Positions 30,173-39,800 of a stretch of 64,000 bases of DNA are shown piece by piece. Positions within the stretch are counted from its first letter, which is position 1. Each line of letters begins with the position of its first letter. This DNA comes from Candidatus Altimarinota bacterium. GTDB taxonomy: Bacteria; Patescibacteriota; Gracilibacteria; UBA4473. Where the stretch lies: contig OZ246423.1 in the NCBI GenBank assembly GCA_965231215.1, positions 1 through 64,000 on the forward strand, in the 5' to 3' direction. The notes below the pieces were generated by a model. The model made no database searches, had not been told where the DNA came from, and was given only the letters and a program-made list of their open reading frames with translations. The translations under genes were made by a program, and so were the position numbers.

Positions 30173-30844
30173 TTATTCCCCCCAGTGTTTTTTGATAAAC
30201 GCATCTCTACCAGATCCAGTTCGGTAGTATTTATAACGAACCGGGTTTTTTAAATAGTAATCTTGGTGATATTCCTCTGCCGGATGAAATTTTGGGAGCG
30301 GCTCAATAGCTGTCACAATGGGGGTTTCAAATACGCCCAAAGCTTCTACCGCTTTTTTAGATTTTTCAGCTATAGCCTTTTCTGCTTCATTAGCGTAATA
30401 CACCGCTGAGGTATAAGAATGTCCCCGATCATAAAAAGAACCCTCCGCATCTGTTGGGTCTATATGCCGCCACAGGTAATCAACCAAATATTCATAACTC
30501 ACCTTATTTGGATCATACACCACTTGGATTACCTCTCGATGGCCTTTATGATTTTGGTACACGGGATTTGGGTTTTCAGCGTCTCCTCCTGCATACCCAG
30601 AAATCACATCTATAACCCCATCGATCTTTTCATAGTCACTCTCTGTACACCAAAAACATCCACCAGCAAATAGAGCCGTTTTAGTTCCCTCGGGCGCCTC
30701 CTGTGCAATTTTAGAAAGAGTTTTAGATTCTTGATATGGGGTTTGGAGTTCAACTTTTTTGGTATAATACTCTGCCCCAATAAACATAAAAACCCCTATC
30801 CCTAAAAGCATAAAAACAAGACCGAATAATTTCTTTTTTTTCAT
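30173..30844 (-). CDS. msrA: Peptide methionine sulfoxide reductase A, N-terminal membrane anchor
   Basis: FAGGCFWC, SGYAGG, DRG..Y.SAVY, AEEYHQDYY. Confidence 0.95.
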   Translation of the reverse strand: MKKKKLFGLVFMLLGIGVFMFIGAEYYTKKVELQTPYQESKTLSKIAQEAPEGTKTALFAGGCFWCTESDYEKIDGVIDVISGYAGGDAENPNPVYQNHKGHREVIQVVYDPNKVSYEYLVDYLWRHIDPTDAEGSFYDRGHSYTSAVYYANEAEKAIAEKSKKAVEALGVFETPIVTAIEPLPKFHPAEEYHQDYYLKNPVRYKYYRTGSGRDAFIKKHWGE

Positions 30845-30910
30845 ACGTCCATTCTAGGTGAACCTTGCAAATTAAATCAACCACCAATAGTCATCTAAAC
30901 TACATTACCC

Positions 30911-30949
30911 TTGTCATTGCGAACGTAACGTAGTGAAGTGCAGCAATCT
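30911..30949 (+). repeat. REP-like palindromic repeat, left arm
   Basis: TTGTCATTGCGA...GCAATCT; first 12 bp are a perfect inverted repeat of 31253-31264. Confidence 0.75.
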
Positions 30950-31010
30950 CTTAAGATTATTATTAATTTGGCCTATCACTAATCTAGTAATTAAAACTTA
31001 GTCTAACGCC

Positions 31011-31226
31011 ATACCAAGAAAGTATTTTGTTTATATCCTTACAAATAAATTTAACAAAGTTCTATACACTGGTGTAACTGGCAATTTAGATCAACATAAA
31101 CAAAAAACAGTAAAAGGTTTCACACAAAAATATAATTGCACAAAGTTAGTCTATTTTGATCAAACAAGTGACGTAAAAGAAGCTATAAATCCAAAATGGA
31201 AGGATTTAGCGGAAAACTGGTATTAA
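31011..31226 (+). pseudogene. Degenerate GIY-YIG (UPF0213-like) endonuclease
   Basis: Frame reads KYFVYILTNKFNKVLYTGVTGNLD-QHK...GFTQKYNCTKLVYFDQTSDVKEAI-NPKWKDLAENWY*; no ATG (ATA), lacks the LxRR arginine and the REKQIK helix. Confidence 0.85.
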
Positions 31227-31264
31227 GATTGCCACGCTCCGTTTTACTACGCTCGCAATGACAA
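31226..31264 (-). repeat. REP-like palindromic repeat, right arm
   Basis: AGATTGCCACGCT...CTCGCAATGACAA, inverted relative to 30911-30949. Confidence 0.75.
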
Positions 31265-31270
31265 AGCCTT

Positions 31271-32944
31271 CTACTTATTCAAAAACAAAAAGGCCTTCAA
31301 AAACACTTCTCCCTCATACACGACTCTCGCAAAAGTCATATTTCTGAGATTTATACCAGGGCTCCCCAAGCCAGTGAGCCAAGACGTTTTGGATTTTTCA
31401 CTATCCCCTACCTGTAAGCTTTCCCAAAACTGAGTCATTTGATTAAATTTCCCAAAGTTCAAGTATCCATAGCTTTCAGCTGCACTAAAGTTAAAGAGCA
31501 CGCTTTCTCTAAAGTCTGCATTTTCAGAAAGGTTTGGCTGAACTTTGGCTTTGGTTTCAATAATGTTCTGTAAAATATTTTCTTGATTAGCAATCACAAA
31601 ATGAGGTTCCAGCACCGCATAAGAAAATTTTTGGTCTCCTGTAGAAGTTTCGGCTACAAAGTATTCTTGGTCTTCAATTAATTTTTTCACAATGGGCACA
31701 CTAGCCGGATCCACCGCCACTAACTCTTCACGCGTGCTTCCGTCTGGTAACTCTACCGCCTCAACCACTGGAGCAAACCGGGATTGAGCTGACTGAATCA
31801 CCGATTTAATCTTTTCAAGTCGTTCCCCTTTTTCTCTAAAGTTTACGCCGGAAATGAACGCCACTTCCAACACCGTATTAAAATCTATCACAAACGCATA
31901 CGGCCCTTCCATCAGGGCTAAAAAATCCGCCTCATAATCAAAATTTTCTCCAAAGATTCTATTAGATTGGGCCCTTAACACCCCTTCAAATACCACCCTA
32001 AGTTGCGGATCAATGGAACCTAAAAAGTTTTTGGTATGTAAATATTTTTTATAAAGCTCCGAACCATTCACAAAAAACAATGCATTCTTAGGCACAAAAT
32101 ACGCTAGATCCGGAATAGTTTTATTGGCTGATTTTAATACCGTATGATTTTCGTCATAGGCTTTTTCATGTATCAAGAATTTACTTTCCCACTGTAGCGC
32201 CTCCCCTTCTAGCGCCAGGGTTCCTGCTAATTGAGGAATGGTTTCTCCTAACGCCTTAAACAGTGGTTTATAAACCTGCCAAGCATCAGAAGTGCCTATT
32301 GGATCATCCCAGTCTTGCAAATTAGCGTATACAAACCCAAAAGTTTTTGTGGGTAAATCTTTGCGTAAATCTCTATACGGCTCAAAGTGTTTAAGCCTAT
32401 TTTCTTGAGTCAGACTAGTCAGCAGCGTTTTTGGTGAATCAGCCCACAACAACCACCCTTTGTAAAACAAAAACGCTCTTTGAGAAGAAAACGCCGGTGT
32501 ATAGATTTCACCTAAATCTGAATTTTGCACCTTCAGATCTTCTCCTTCCAGCGTGAAGGTTTCTAAAAAAGTTTTAGCCTTGGATTTACTTCGATATTTA
32601 GCCGCAATAATGTACCGATTTTCCGGTAACATGATTAACGCCCCTTTTTTCCCAATCCAGGGTTTCAAATCTTTTAACGCAATAGACGCTCCCCCAAACA
32701 TATTATTAGACAGGGACTCAATATGAGTTTGTCCCAATCGAGATTCTAAAAAATTCGCATTAGATCGACTTATATTAAGTTCTATATAAGCCAAAGCCTC
32801 TTGCCCTATTAATCCTGGTAGTTGCGAATTGGTCGTACTCCACCACTGCCACATCGCCCCCAAAGCTCCAATTACAAATAACCCAAAACCCGCTAAAAAT
32901 AAACGGTCATTTGGTATAGTTTCGTGGGTTTGGCGCGCCTTCAT
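31271..32944 (-). CDS. DUF3352-like membrane-anchored protein
   Basis: N-terminal TM, DLKPWIG, VPKNALFFV, DFLALMEGPYA pattern; start taken at ATG 32944. Confidence 0.65.
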   Translation of the reverse strand: MKARQTHETIPNDRLFLAGFGLFVIGALGAMWQWWSTTNSQLPGLIGQEALAYIELNISRSNANFLESRLGQTHIESLSNNMFGGASIALKDLKPWIGKKGALIMLPENRYIIAAKYRSKSKAKTFLETFTLEGEDLKVQNSDLGEIYTPAFSSQRAFLFYKGWLLWADSPKTLLTSLTQENRLKHFEPYRDLRKDLPTKTFGFVYANLQDWDDPIGTSDAWQVYKPLFKALGETIPQLAGTLALEGEALQWESKFLIHEKAYDENHTVLKSANKTIPDLAYFVPKNALFFVNGSELYKKYLHTKNFLGSIDPQLRVVFEGVLRAQSNRIFGENFDYEADFLALMEGPYAFVIDFNTVLEVAFISGVNFREKGERLEKIKSVIQSAQSRFAPVVEAVELPDGSTREELVAVDPASVPIVKKLIEDQEYFVAETSTGDQKFSYAVLEPHFVIANQENILQNIIETKAKVQPNLSENADFRESVLFNFSAAESYGYLNFGKFNQMTQFWESLQVGDSEKSKTSWLTGLGSPGINLRNMTFARVVYEGEVFLKAFLFLNK

Positions 32945-33044
32945 AAGTGCGGCGATCTTGGCAAAAATTAATGCAAAATGCAACTCAAATTTATATTTCT
33001 TAGGCATTTGGGTCTCCTTAAAATATTGTCCTAAAATCCCCTTT

Positions 33045-33222
33045 TGAAATAATTTTCTAAAAGTAGAGATGAGCTATACGTTAAAAAGGCCATATATCAT
33101 CGAGCGCAGCGAGTTTGGCTTTTTTAGAATGTGAATCGGGTGCTTTTAAAATTCTTTCAGTAGGAGGCCCTTTTTTGATTCGTTTTTTGGGCAAACAAAA
33201 AATGAATAAACCTAAGAGGCCT
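33045..33222. repeat. Long imperfect intergenic palindromic element
   Basis: Nested pairings TGAAATAATTTTCTAAAAGTA/TGCTTTTAAAATTCTTTCA and AAAAAGGCCA/TGGCTTTTTT around CGAGCGCAGCGAG, then ATTCGTTTTTTG/CAAAAAATGAAT hairpin. Confidence 0.55.
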
Positions 33223-33229
33223 ACAACAA

Positions 33230-33258
33230 AAAAGGCCAATCTGCACGATTGGCCTTTT
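33230..33258. terminator. Intrinsic terminator
   Basis: AAAAGGCCAATC-TGCAC-GATTGGCCTTTT perfect hairpin just downstream of the pilin-like fragment. Confidence 0.8.
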
Positions 33259-33280
33259 AATAGATTTTATTAATTGAAAC

Positions 33281-33397
33281 TTATGCTCCAGATTCTCCAC
33301 TTCCACTGCTAGTAGCACCACTTAAACTATCAACAATACTTTGGAACACGGCTTGAATTTGCTCTCCCATAAGAGTCATAACCGCTACTACAAAGAG
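33281..33397 (-). pseudogene. Flp/type IVb pilin-like C-terminal fragment
   Basis: LFVVAVMTLMGEQIQAVFQSIVDSLSGATSSGSGESGA*; in-frame TAA four codons upstream, so no G/xxxxEY leader. Confidence 0.55.
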
Positions 33398-33644
33398 TTG
33401 AATTTTTTAAGCACTTCATAAATAACTTTGACCTTACTCCTGGAAGAGAACCCAATAAACTAATACTCAAAAGCACTTTCCATATTATGGTAATAGCTGA
33501 GGTAAAAGTTGGGCCATCAAAAAAACTAGAACTTTTAAGTTTTTATCCACTCTAAAAAAAAGAAATCCCCCCTGTATAGAGTTTTTCATCTACATTGAAC
33601 GGGAGGTTTCTATGGGTTCTAACAAGAACAAGATCATACTATAG

Positions 33645-33681
33645 AATCTAAGCCCAAAAGTCAATTTCTGGGCTTCAGATT
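33645..33681 (-). terminator. Hairpin downstream of SLH gene
   Basis: AATCTAAGCCCA...TGGGCTTCAGATT inverted repeat 8 nt after the stop codon. Confidence 0.55.
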
Positions 33682-33689
33682 AACTTCAT

Positions 33690-35990
33690 TTATTCAAACC
33701 TATTCTGTTTTTGTTCTCGCATCCAAAGCAGTCGATACAGGTTTTCTGAAACTCCAGCACGTAAGTGCTCTGCCCCTGGTGAGAAACTTGAGCCAGTTTC
33801 CTCAAGTAATCCTTTTTCTTTAGCGAGTTTCACGTACGGAGCAAACCAATGGGCTTTATCCACATCACTGTAAGGGTTTTGATCCACTTGGCTGGTATCA
33901 TAACCATATGATTCAAGAAGCATCTTTAAACTCTCAACTTTAGAAACTGACTTAGCTGGGCCAAATGTTCCATCTGGATATCCCTTTACCCAACCTTGAG
34001 CCTTGGCATAACATACAAACGGGGCAAACCACTCTGTACCCACATCAGGAAAGCAGTTAGAATACTGCGAACTATCTGGATTTAAGCCTTTCCCGGCTAC
34101 TAGTATTTTGAGCATTTCAGCTCTATTAACTGTTTTAGTTGGTTTAAAACTCCCATCTTCATATCCTTGGATAATTTTTTTTGTTTTGAGGTATTCTACG
34201 GCTTTATGGTTTTTATGAGATGTGTCTAAATCAGAAAAGATTTTTACTTTATTGGTTCGGCCATCCTGTAAGGCTCTATATCTTTCTTCTTTTTCTTTTT
34301 GAGCTTCTTGTGCGGCTTCTTTAGCATCTGGGTCACCTATGATCGTATTCTCTACACTAGACACTGGCTTAGGTGATTTAATCGAAGTATTACCTCTAAA
34401 GTTTGGTCGTTTATTTATTAAAACCGCACTATCGGGAACCGGTTTTTCAGGGGTACTGTAAAGTATTTCACCTCCCTTATTATGATAAACTTGATACTGG
34501 TGCTCATTTATAAATGCTTTATCAGTAGATTCAATCACTTCACCATTAACGATACCTTTATCGGCACTGCTTTTTATATGAAACACCTTCCAAATATCAT
34601 CTACGTTTGGGTCTCTGAAAGAATTTTGGAAGTTTGCCGTAACCTCTACTGTAACATCCTGTCCAGGTTTAACATCAATATGACTTGGGAACTTTAAACG
34701 ATACGTATGCCCAAATAGTCCGTCTGCACTTTTTGATGAACGAAGATATTTGGTTCCACTTTTGTAAAGTCCGGTAACACTTACATACTCTAGTGGAGCT
34801 GGAGTGTCTACCGCCAACCAAATTTCTTCAACCTTAACTGGTGCAGTTACAGCACTTAAGTTAATTTCCATAACCTGTGTAAAGTCAGCACCTTTAGCAA
34901 TTTTCTGTGGAATTTTTATAGCAGTAGATTCAACCTCTAGCACGTTCCCTCCACCTAAATGTGAAGACGCTCCACTAGCACCAGGTTCAAATTGGTATGC
35001 CTTAAGATAAAATCCGTTATCCGCTACAGTGTTCACACCAAAAGATGTACCAATTTCTGATCCAATAATGTCGTTAGAACTTTCCACTCTAAAGTTAATA
35101 GTTTTTCCATCTGTAGCAGGGGCTGTATCCCCTTTTAAAGAAAAAGTAATACTTTTACCATCTTCAATAATATAACCACCAGTTATACCATTATCTACAA
35201 CAAATGTAACTGTATCACCACTAACAATAGTATTGGCAGAAACCTGAAATCCTCCTGCATGAAGGGCTAGGTTTTTAAGATCTGTACCAAGTTTAGCCGT
35301 ACCCATACTTTTAAATTTTATAGATCTAAGTTCTACGTCTTTATTCGTACTAGATGCATTAGATAGACTAAACTGTCCAATCTCTACACCCTCTTGGCCT
35401 ACCCCTACATTAGTGTCTGCTCCAAGCGTTGCGAATCGAAGTTTAGTTGTTTGGTAATCTGCAATTTCCATTTCTTCTCCCTCAATAGGAAAATTACCAT
35501 TAACAGAAGCTGAAGTTCCAATATCGCTATTAGAAGCCAAAACAAACCGATTATGACTTCCAATGTTCTTATTCCCAGAAAGTTGAGCTACTAAATCTGC
35601 TAAAACAGTTTGTCCAGACGGAATGACAATAGGCGGATTAAAAGAGAGCTTTACCTCTTCTTGAGCATTATTTATTGAGCTACTTATTCCAGCCTTAAAT
35701 CCATTAACTTCAAGCCAGGCACTACTGAAGTCAGTTTTCTCACCTAAGCCTAATCTGGTAAATATCAAAGATGAAATTTTCACATCTGATCCGTTTCCCG
35801 CAGTTAGCTCAATAGTAGTAAAAGGTATGGCCGGAGAATCATAAGGAATATTAGTACCACGTGGAGTATCATTAGAAAGTGAGACATCTAAACTTGCAGC
35901 TGATACAATACTGGCACTTAGACCAACAAAGAGCATAAGTGCTAATGTAAATATTTTGTACCGGAAGTGGGTTTTTGTTTTTGATTTCAT
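33690..35990 (-). CDS. S-layer homology (SLH) domain surface protein
   Basis: Signal peptide (VSA), beta-rich Ig-like body, three C-terminal SLH repeats (FSDL...IQGYEDGSFKPTKTVNRAE; FPDV..WF..GYPDGTFGP; YSDV..WFAPYV). Confidence 0.9.
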   Translation of the reverse strand: MKSKTKTHFRYKIFTLALMLFVGLSASIVSAASLDVSLSNDTPRGTNIPYDSPAIPFTTIELTAGNGSDVKISSLIFTRLGLGEKTDFSSAWLEVNGFKAGISSSINNAQEEVKLSFNPPIVIPSGQTVLADLVAQLSGNKNIGSHNRFVLASNSDIGTSASVNGNFPIEGEEMEIADYQTTKLRFATLGADTNVGVGQEGVEIGQFSLSNASSTNKDVELRSIKFKSMGTAKLGTDLKNLALHAGGFQVSANTIVSGDTVTFVVDNGITGGYIIEDGKSITFSLKGDTAPATDGKTINFRVESSNDIIGSEIGTSFGVNTVADNGFYLKAYQFEPGASGASSHLGGGNVLEVESTAIKIPQKIAKGADFTQVMEINLSAVTAPVKVEEIWLAVDTPAPLEYVSVTGLYKSGTKYLRSSKSADGLFGHTYRLKFPSHIDVKPGQDVTVEVTANFQNSFRDPNVDDIWKVFHIKSSADKGIVNGEVIESTDKAFINEHQYQVYHNKGGEILYSTPEKPVPDSAVLINKRPNFRGNTSIKSPKPVSSVENTIIGDPDAKEAAQEAQKEKEERYRALQDGRTNKVKIFSDLDTSHKNHKAVEYLKTKKIIQGYEDGSFKPTKTVNRAEMLKILVAGKGLNPDSSQYSNCFPDVGTEWFAPFVCYAKAQGWVKGYPDGTFGPAKSVSKVESLKMLLESYGYDTSQVDQNPYSDVDKAHWFAPYVKLAKEKGLLEETGSSFSPGAEHLRAGVSENLYRLLWMREQKQNRFE

Positions 35991-36052
35991 AGGAAATTAT
36001 GAGGGTTAAGAAAAATAATTATTGAAATGATAAAATTTAGAATAAATTTGAA

Positions 36053-36889
36053 TTATTGAGAAAGCGCTTTTCCCTTGGCCTCTTTCTCTGGAGTCCAAGG
36101 ATCAAGTTCAACACCCTCCTTTTCTCGAAGGAAATCTATAACCTTTTGTCTCCAATCAGTTCCATATTGTTCTACTGCAACTTCAGGCCAATATCTATTA
36201 TTTTCAATTTTCCAAATAAGCATGGGTTGCTCATCCACTTTTCCATTTACTAAGTTGACTGGCCCACCTCTATAATCAGCACCATTTTGCAATAAAATGT
36301 AAGCTTCATCCCAACTTGCCATATCAATGGGAGTATCACCTCGATTGTTCCTTTGCTCTTTATCTGCCCCGTGATCTAACAGGATTTGCAAGTTCTCAGT
36401 ACGATTCGAATTTAGCGCTTGGTATACCGGTGTCGGCCAAGAGGAATCATTATTAACTTCAAGTTCTAAATCTATGTTTGATTTATTTTCTAATATCATC
36501 TTTAAGTAACCTGAATCTATATACCTAGAGGCAAGATGTATTATAGCCCATCCATATTTACTATCATGCTGTGACACACTAGCCCCATTCTCAAGTAAAT
36601 ATTTAAAACTTTTTTTCTTTTCAGGCGTCTCTTTATTGGCTACAAAAAGCCAAAATAAAGGAGTCAAACCATCCTCACCTACAGTATTAACATCAACTCC
36701 AGAAGTTAGTAATTGTTCCATCTTTTCAGTATCTCCATTCGAAGCAGCATTACATAACTCTATTACTTTGGGGTCTTTAAAATATCTTTGAGCTTCTTGG
36801 TATTTAAAAACTGATTTATTACCACCACAAGCAGCTAAAACAAAACAAAAACTGAAAACAAAAATTACTTTAGTAAAACTTTTAAACAT
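36053..36889 (-). CDS. Ankyrin-repeat lipoprotein, putative lipase-toxin immunity protein (PhlB-like)
   Basis: Lipobox LAAC; YFKDPKVIELCNAASNGD...GVDVNTVGEDGLTPLFW and further ankyrin repeats; starts 4 nt after the lipase gene. Confidence 0.8.
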   Translation of the reverse strand: MFKSFTKVIFVFSFCFVLAACGGNKSVFKYQEAQRYFKDPKVIELCNAASNGDTEKMEQLLTSGVDVNTVGEDGLTPLFWLFVANKETPEKKKSFKYLLENGASVSQHDSKYGWAIIHLASRYIDSGYLKMILENKSNIDLELEVNNDSSWPTPVYQALNSNRTENLQILLDHGADKEQRNNRGDTPIDMASWDEAYILLQNGADYRGGPVNLVNGKVDEQPMLIWKIENNRYWPEVAVEQYGTDWRQKVIDFLREKEGVELDPWTPEKEAKGKALSQ

Positions 36890-36893
36890 ACTT

Positions 36894-39800
36894 TTAGTAG
36901 GTTATATGGTCAATGGTTCCTTTTAGTGCACTCAGTTTATCAGGAAGAAAGGCATAAGACCAATCTCCTCCATCGTAAACTTGCCTACCCAAAGCATCTG
37001 GAGCTAAGTCAAATTTAAGCTGAAAACGAGTTAAGATATCACCTCGAGTAATATAGTTAGTTATGTTACTAAAATCATTTGTAGTTAACTGTGCATTGGC
37101 AAGTGTATTCGCATGAACTCCAGCCGCATTAAACGTATAAGTCGGAGCCCCTGTTATAGCTCCAGCGGTAGCTGCTAATCCACCCCCTAGAGAGTGCCCC
37201 GTAATAATTAACTCTTGATTACCTATATTGTTGTTTATAGAATCCAATATATTTACAAGGCCTTCATACTGTCCTGTCTTAAAACCAAATCCTTGCCCCA
37301 TATTAGTAACCCAATCTTCAATATTTAACCCTGATCCAGAAAAAGCTAAAACTGTCTTTTGGCCATCAGAGTAAATACCAGCTTTTAACCCTGTCTGAGG
37401 ATCAACTAAATTAAACTCTTTTAATCCATAAAGACTAGCTTCCTGACGCTCAAATCCTTCTACCAAAAGTTGTTCTGGATTGCCAACTGCATGCGCAATT
37501 GCAGATGCCGTTTGTTTAGAAATATTATTACCAGATACTTCCGAAACAGGTATGGCTTCTGCTATTTGAACTAATTTTAGTTCTGCAGAATCAACAAAGT
37601 CAGTAAGATTAGAAATCGATTGTCCTAAATCATTCAAACTAGCCAACCAAAGAGACTCTTCTGATCTATTATCTAAAAGCTCTTTAGCTAAGTTTTTTAG
37701 TTCGGTAATTTCTCCTTCATCAGAAAAGTCACTAATTGTATAACTTCCTTCAATAATGCTTTTCATGGTGTCACCATACTTCAAACTATTTTCCATCATC
37801 CAAATTTCATTTCTTGCACCAAATTCCTGCATTTGCTTCACACTTAAAATTCCTCCGCCTACTCCAATATCAGCCACCAAAACACTATATGGAGCACGTC
37901 CAGCTTTCAAGTTAGCAATAATGTCTGATTTTATTTGTTCTTTTTCTGAAAGTTGATCTTGAGCCCAGTGATCAAATTCACTTTGTTCTAATTCTTTTTG
38001 ACTCTTTAATGCACTATTCTCTACAAGATTTTGATTATTCTGCACTAACACATCTTGTGCTTCTCTCCTTTCTCGCTCCGCCACCATCGCCTCTTCCAAA
38101 GTCTCCACATGCACGACTTGGGCCCGATGTTCATTGAGTTCCTGGATCAGTTCAGCTTCACGTTGTTCACTTCGCTGAGCTACAAGTTCTTTGGCTTTGG
38201 CAAAGTAGGTTGGGATAGCCGAGGCTATCTGTGCATATTCATCACTTAACCTTTTGTCTATAGCAGCAATACTAGCGGCATGCTTTTGGTTAAAGGCTAA
38301 TAAGTCCGCTTGGTATTGCACCACCTCTTGTTGACCATTAGTGATGTAACGCTCTAGTGCAGCTATTTTAGCTTCAGCATTTTTAATCTGAGTAGCTAAG
38401 AAACCTGGACGATCAGCATACAGTTCTTGGAGTTTTGGAATACCTTTACGTATTTTGGCAATTTCTCTTTGTTTAGCGGCGATAGTCCCATCTTGGTCTT
38501 CCAAGAAATTTCTGACTGTAGCCGTCATAACCGGTTCTTTGATGCCACTATCTGTAAAAAGATTACGTCTATCATTTTCTTTTTGCTGAGCGAGGAGTCT
38601 TTGTGCCTCTGCGGCAAAGGCGCTCTCGTTTCCGTAAGCACTTCGGTACGCCTCTTCTATAACGCGTCTTTGGTTGCGAGTAAGGCTGACTTGTAGTTCA
38701 GTTGAACCACTAGATGGTATGTAAGCGATTTGCTGTAGCTCAGAAAAATTTATGACCTGAATAGTTTCTTGGTTGGCTTGGGCTTTGATAGCTTCAGGCG
38801 TACCGTTAGTTACAAATTCATTCCGAGTCTGTGTCGCTTCTTTTTGTGCATTAGCCACCAAGGTTTCGGCCTCTTGCAGTACTTTTAGTTTTTGGTCGGC
38901 ATTTTCATAAGCCGCTTTAATTTTTTCATAACGAGCAATTTGTTCAGCAGTAAAGTTATCTTCTAAACTTTGCCCAAATTGTGCTTCCCATTCTGCTTCA
39001 CGAGCTGCAAAAAGGGTGGCTTCTTTTTCATTAATTTTGCGAATATACTCAGCTTTTGATTCACTATTATATAAAGTTCTAGAAAGCTTATACCATTCGT
39101 GGAGCTCAGCATCGTTTCGGTTTGGAACCGCTATTCGACGTTTGTAGGGATTTGTAGTTGGATACCATGATGATGCTTTGACATAAGCTGGAGGCAGTTC
39201 TCCCCTCATAACAGCATTATAGTTCGAAATTATTTGGCTTTGATAAGGATCTCGAGTCGGTAATTCCATAACACTATTCATCTCATCGATAGCTTTTTGT
39301 CTTATAGCTTCAAAGCCTATTTGTTCGTTTGTCTGCCCGTAAAGTTTGTAAAATTCTTTAGCTTTAGTTTGAGCCTCAACAAATTTATAAACCGGATCGC
39401 AACAGTATTGATCTCGATAATAAATAAGCCCAATATCAGCACCAACATCACTTTGAGTTACCTGAGACTCTGGGTCTGAGACAAAAAACTGGTGATAGTG
39501 CGCTAATTTTTCTAATCCTTTAGCTATATTATTTTCAAGTGATTGAATATTTGATTTGAGTTGTTCCTCTTCTCCCCATGTGCGATTACTCGACTGGTTT
39601 TGTATTTGTAAGTTTGCAAGTTCTGATTTCCAATTATGGAGCTGAGCAAAGGTGAATCTAGCATTTCGAGCATAAGGATGGTCACTATATTTTTCTATAA
39701 TCTTTAGAAAGTCTTTAATCTGGTGAATAGAAGATGTATATCGCTGTTTATAACTTTGCTTACGCTCATATAAATAGCTTTCGTTTTTGAGATCATCAAT

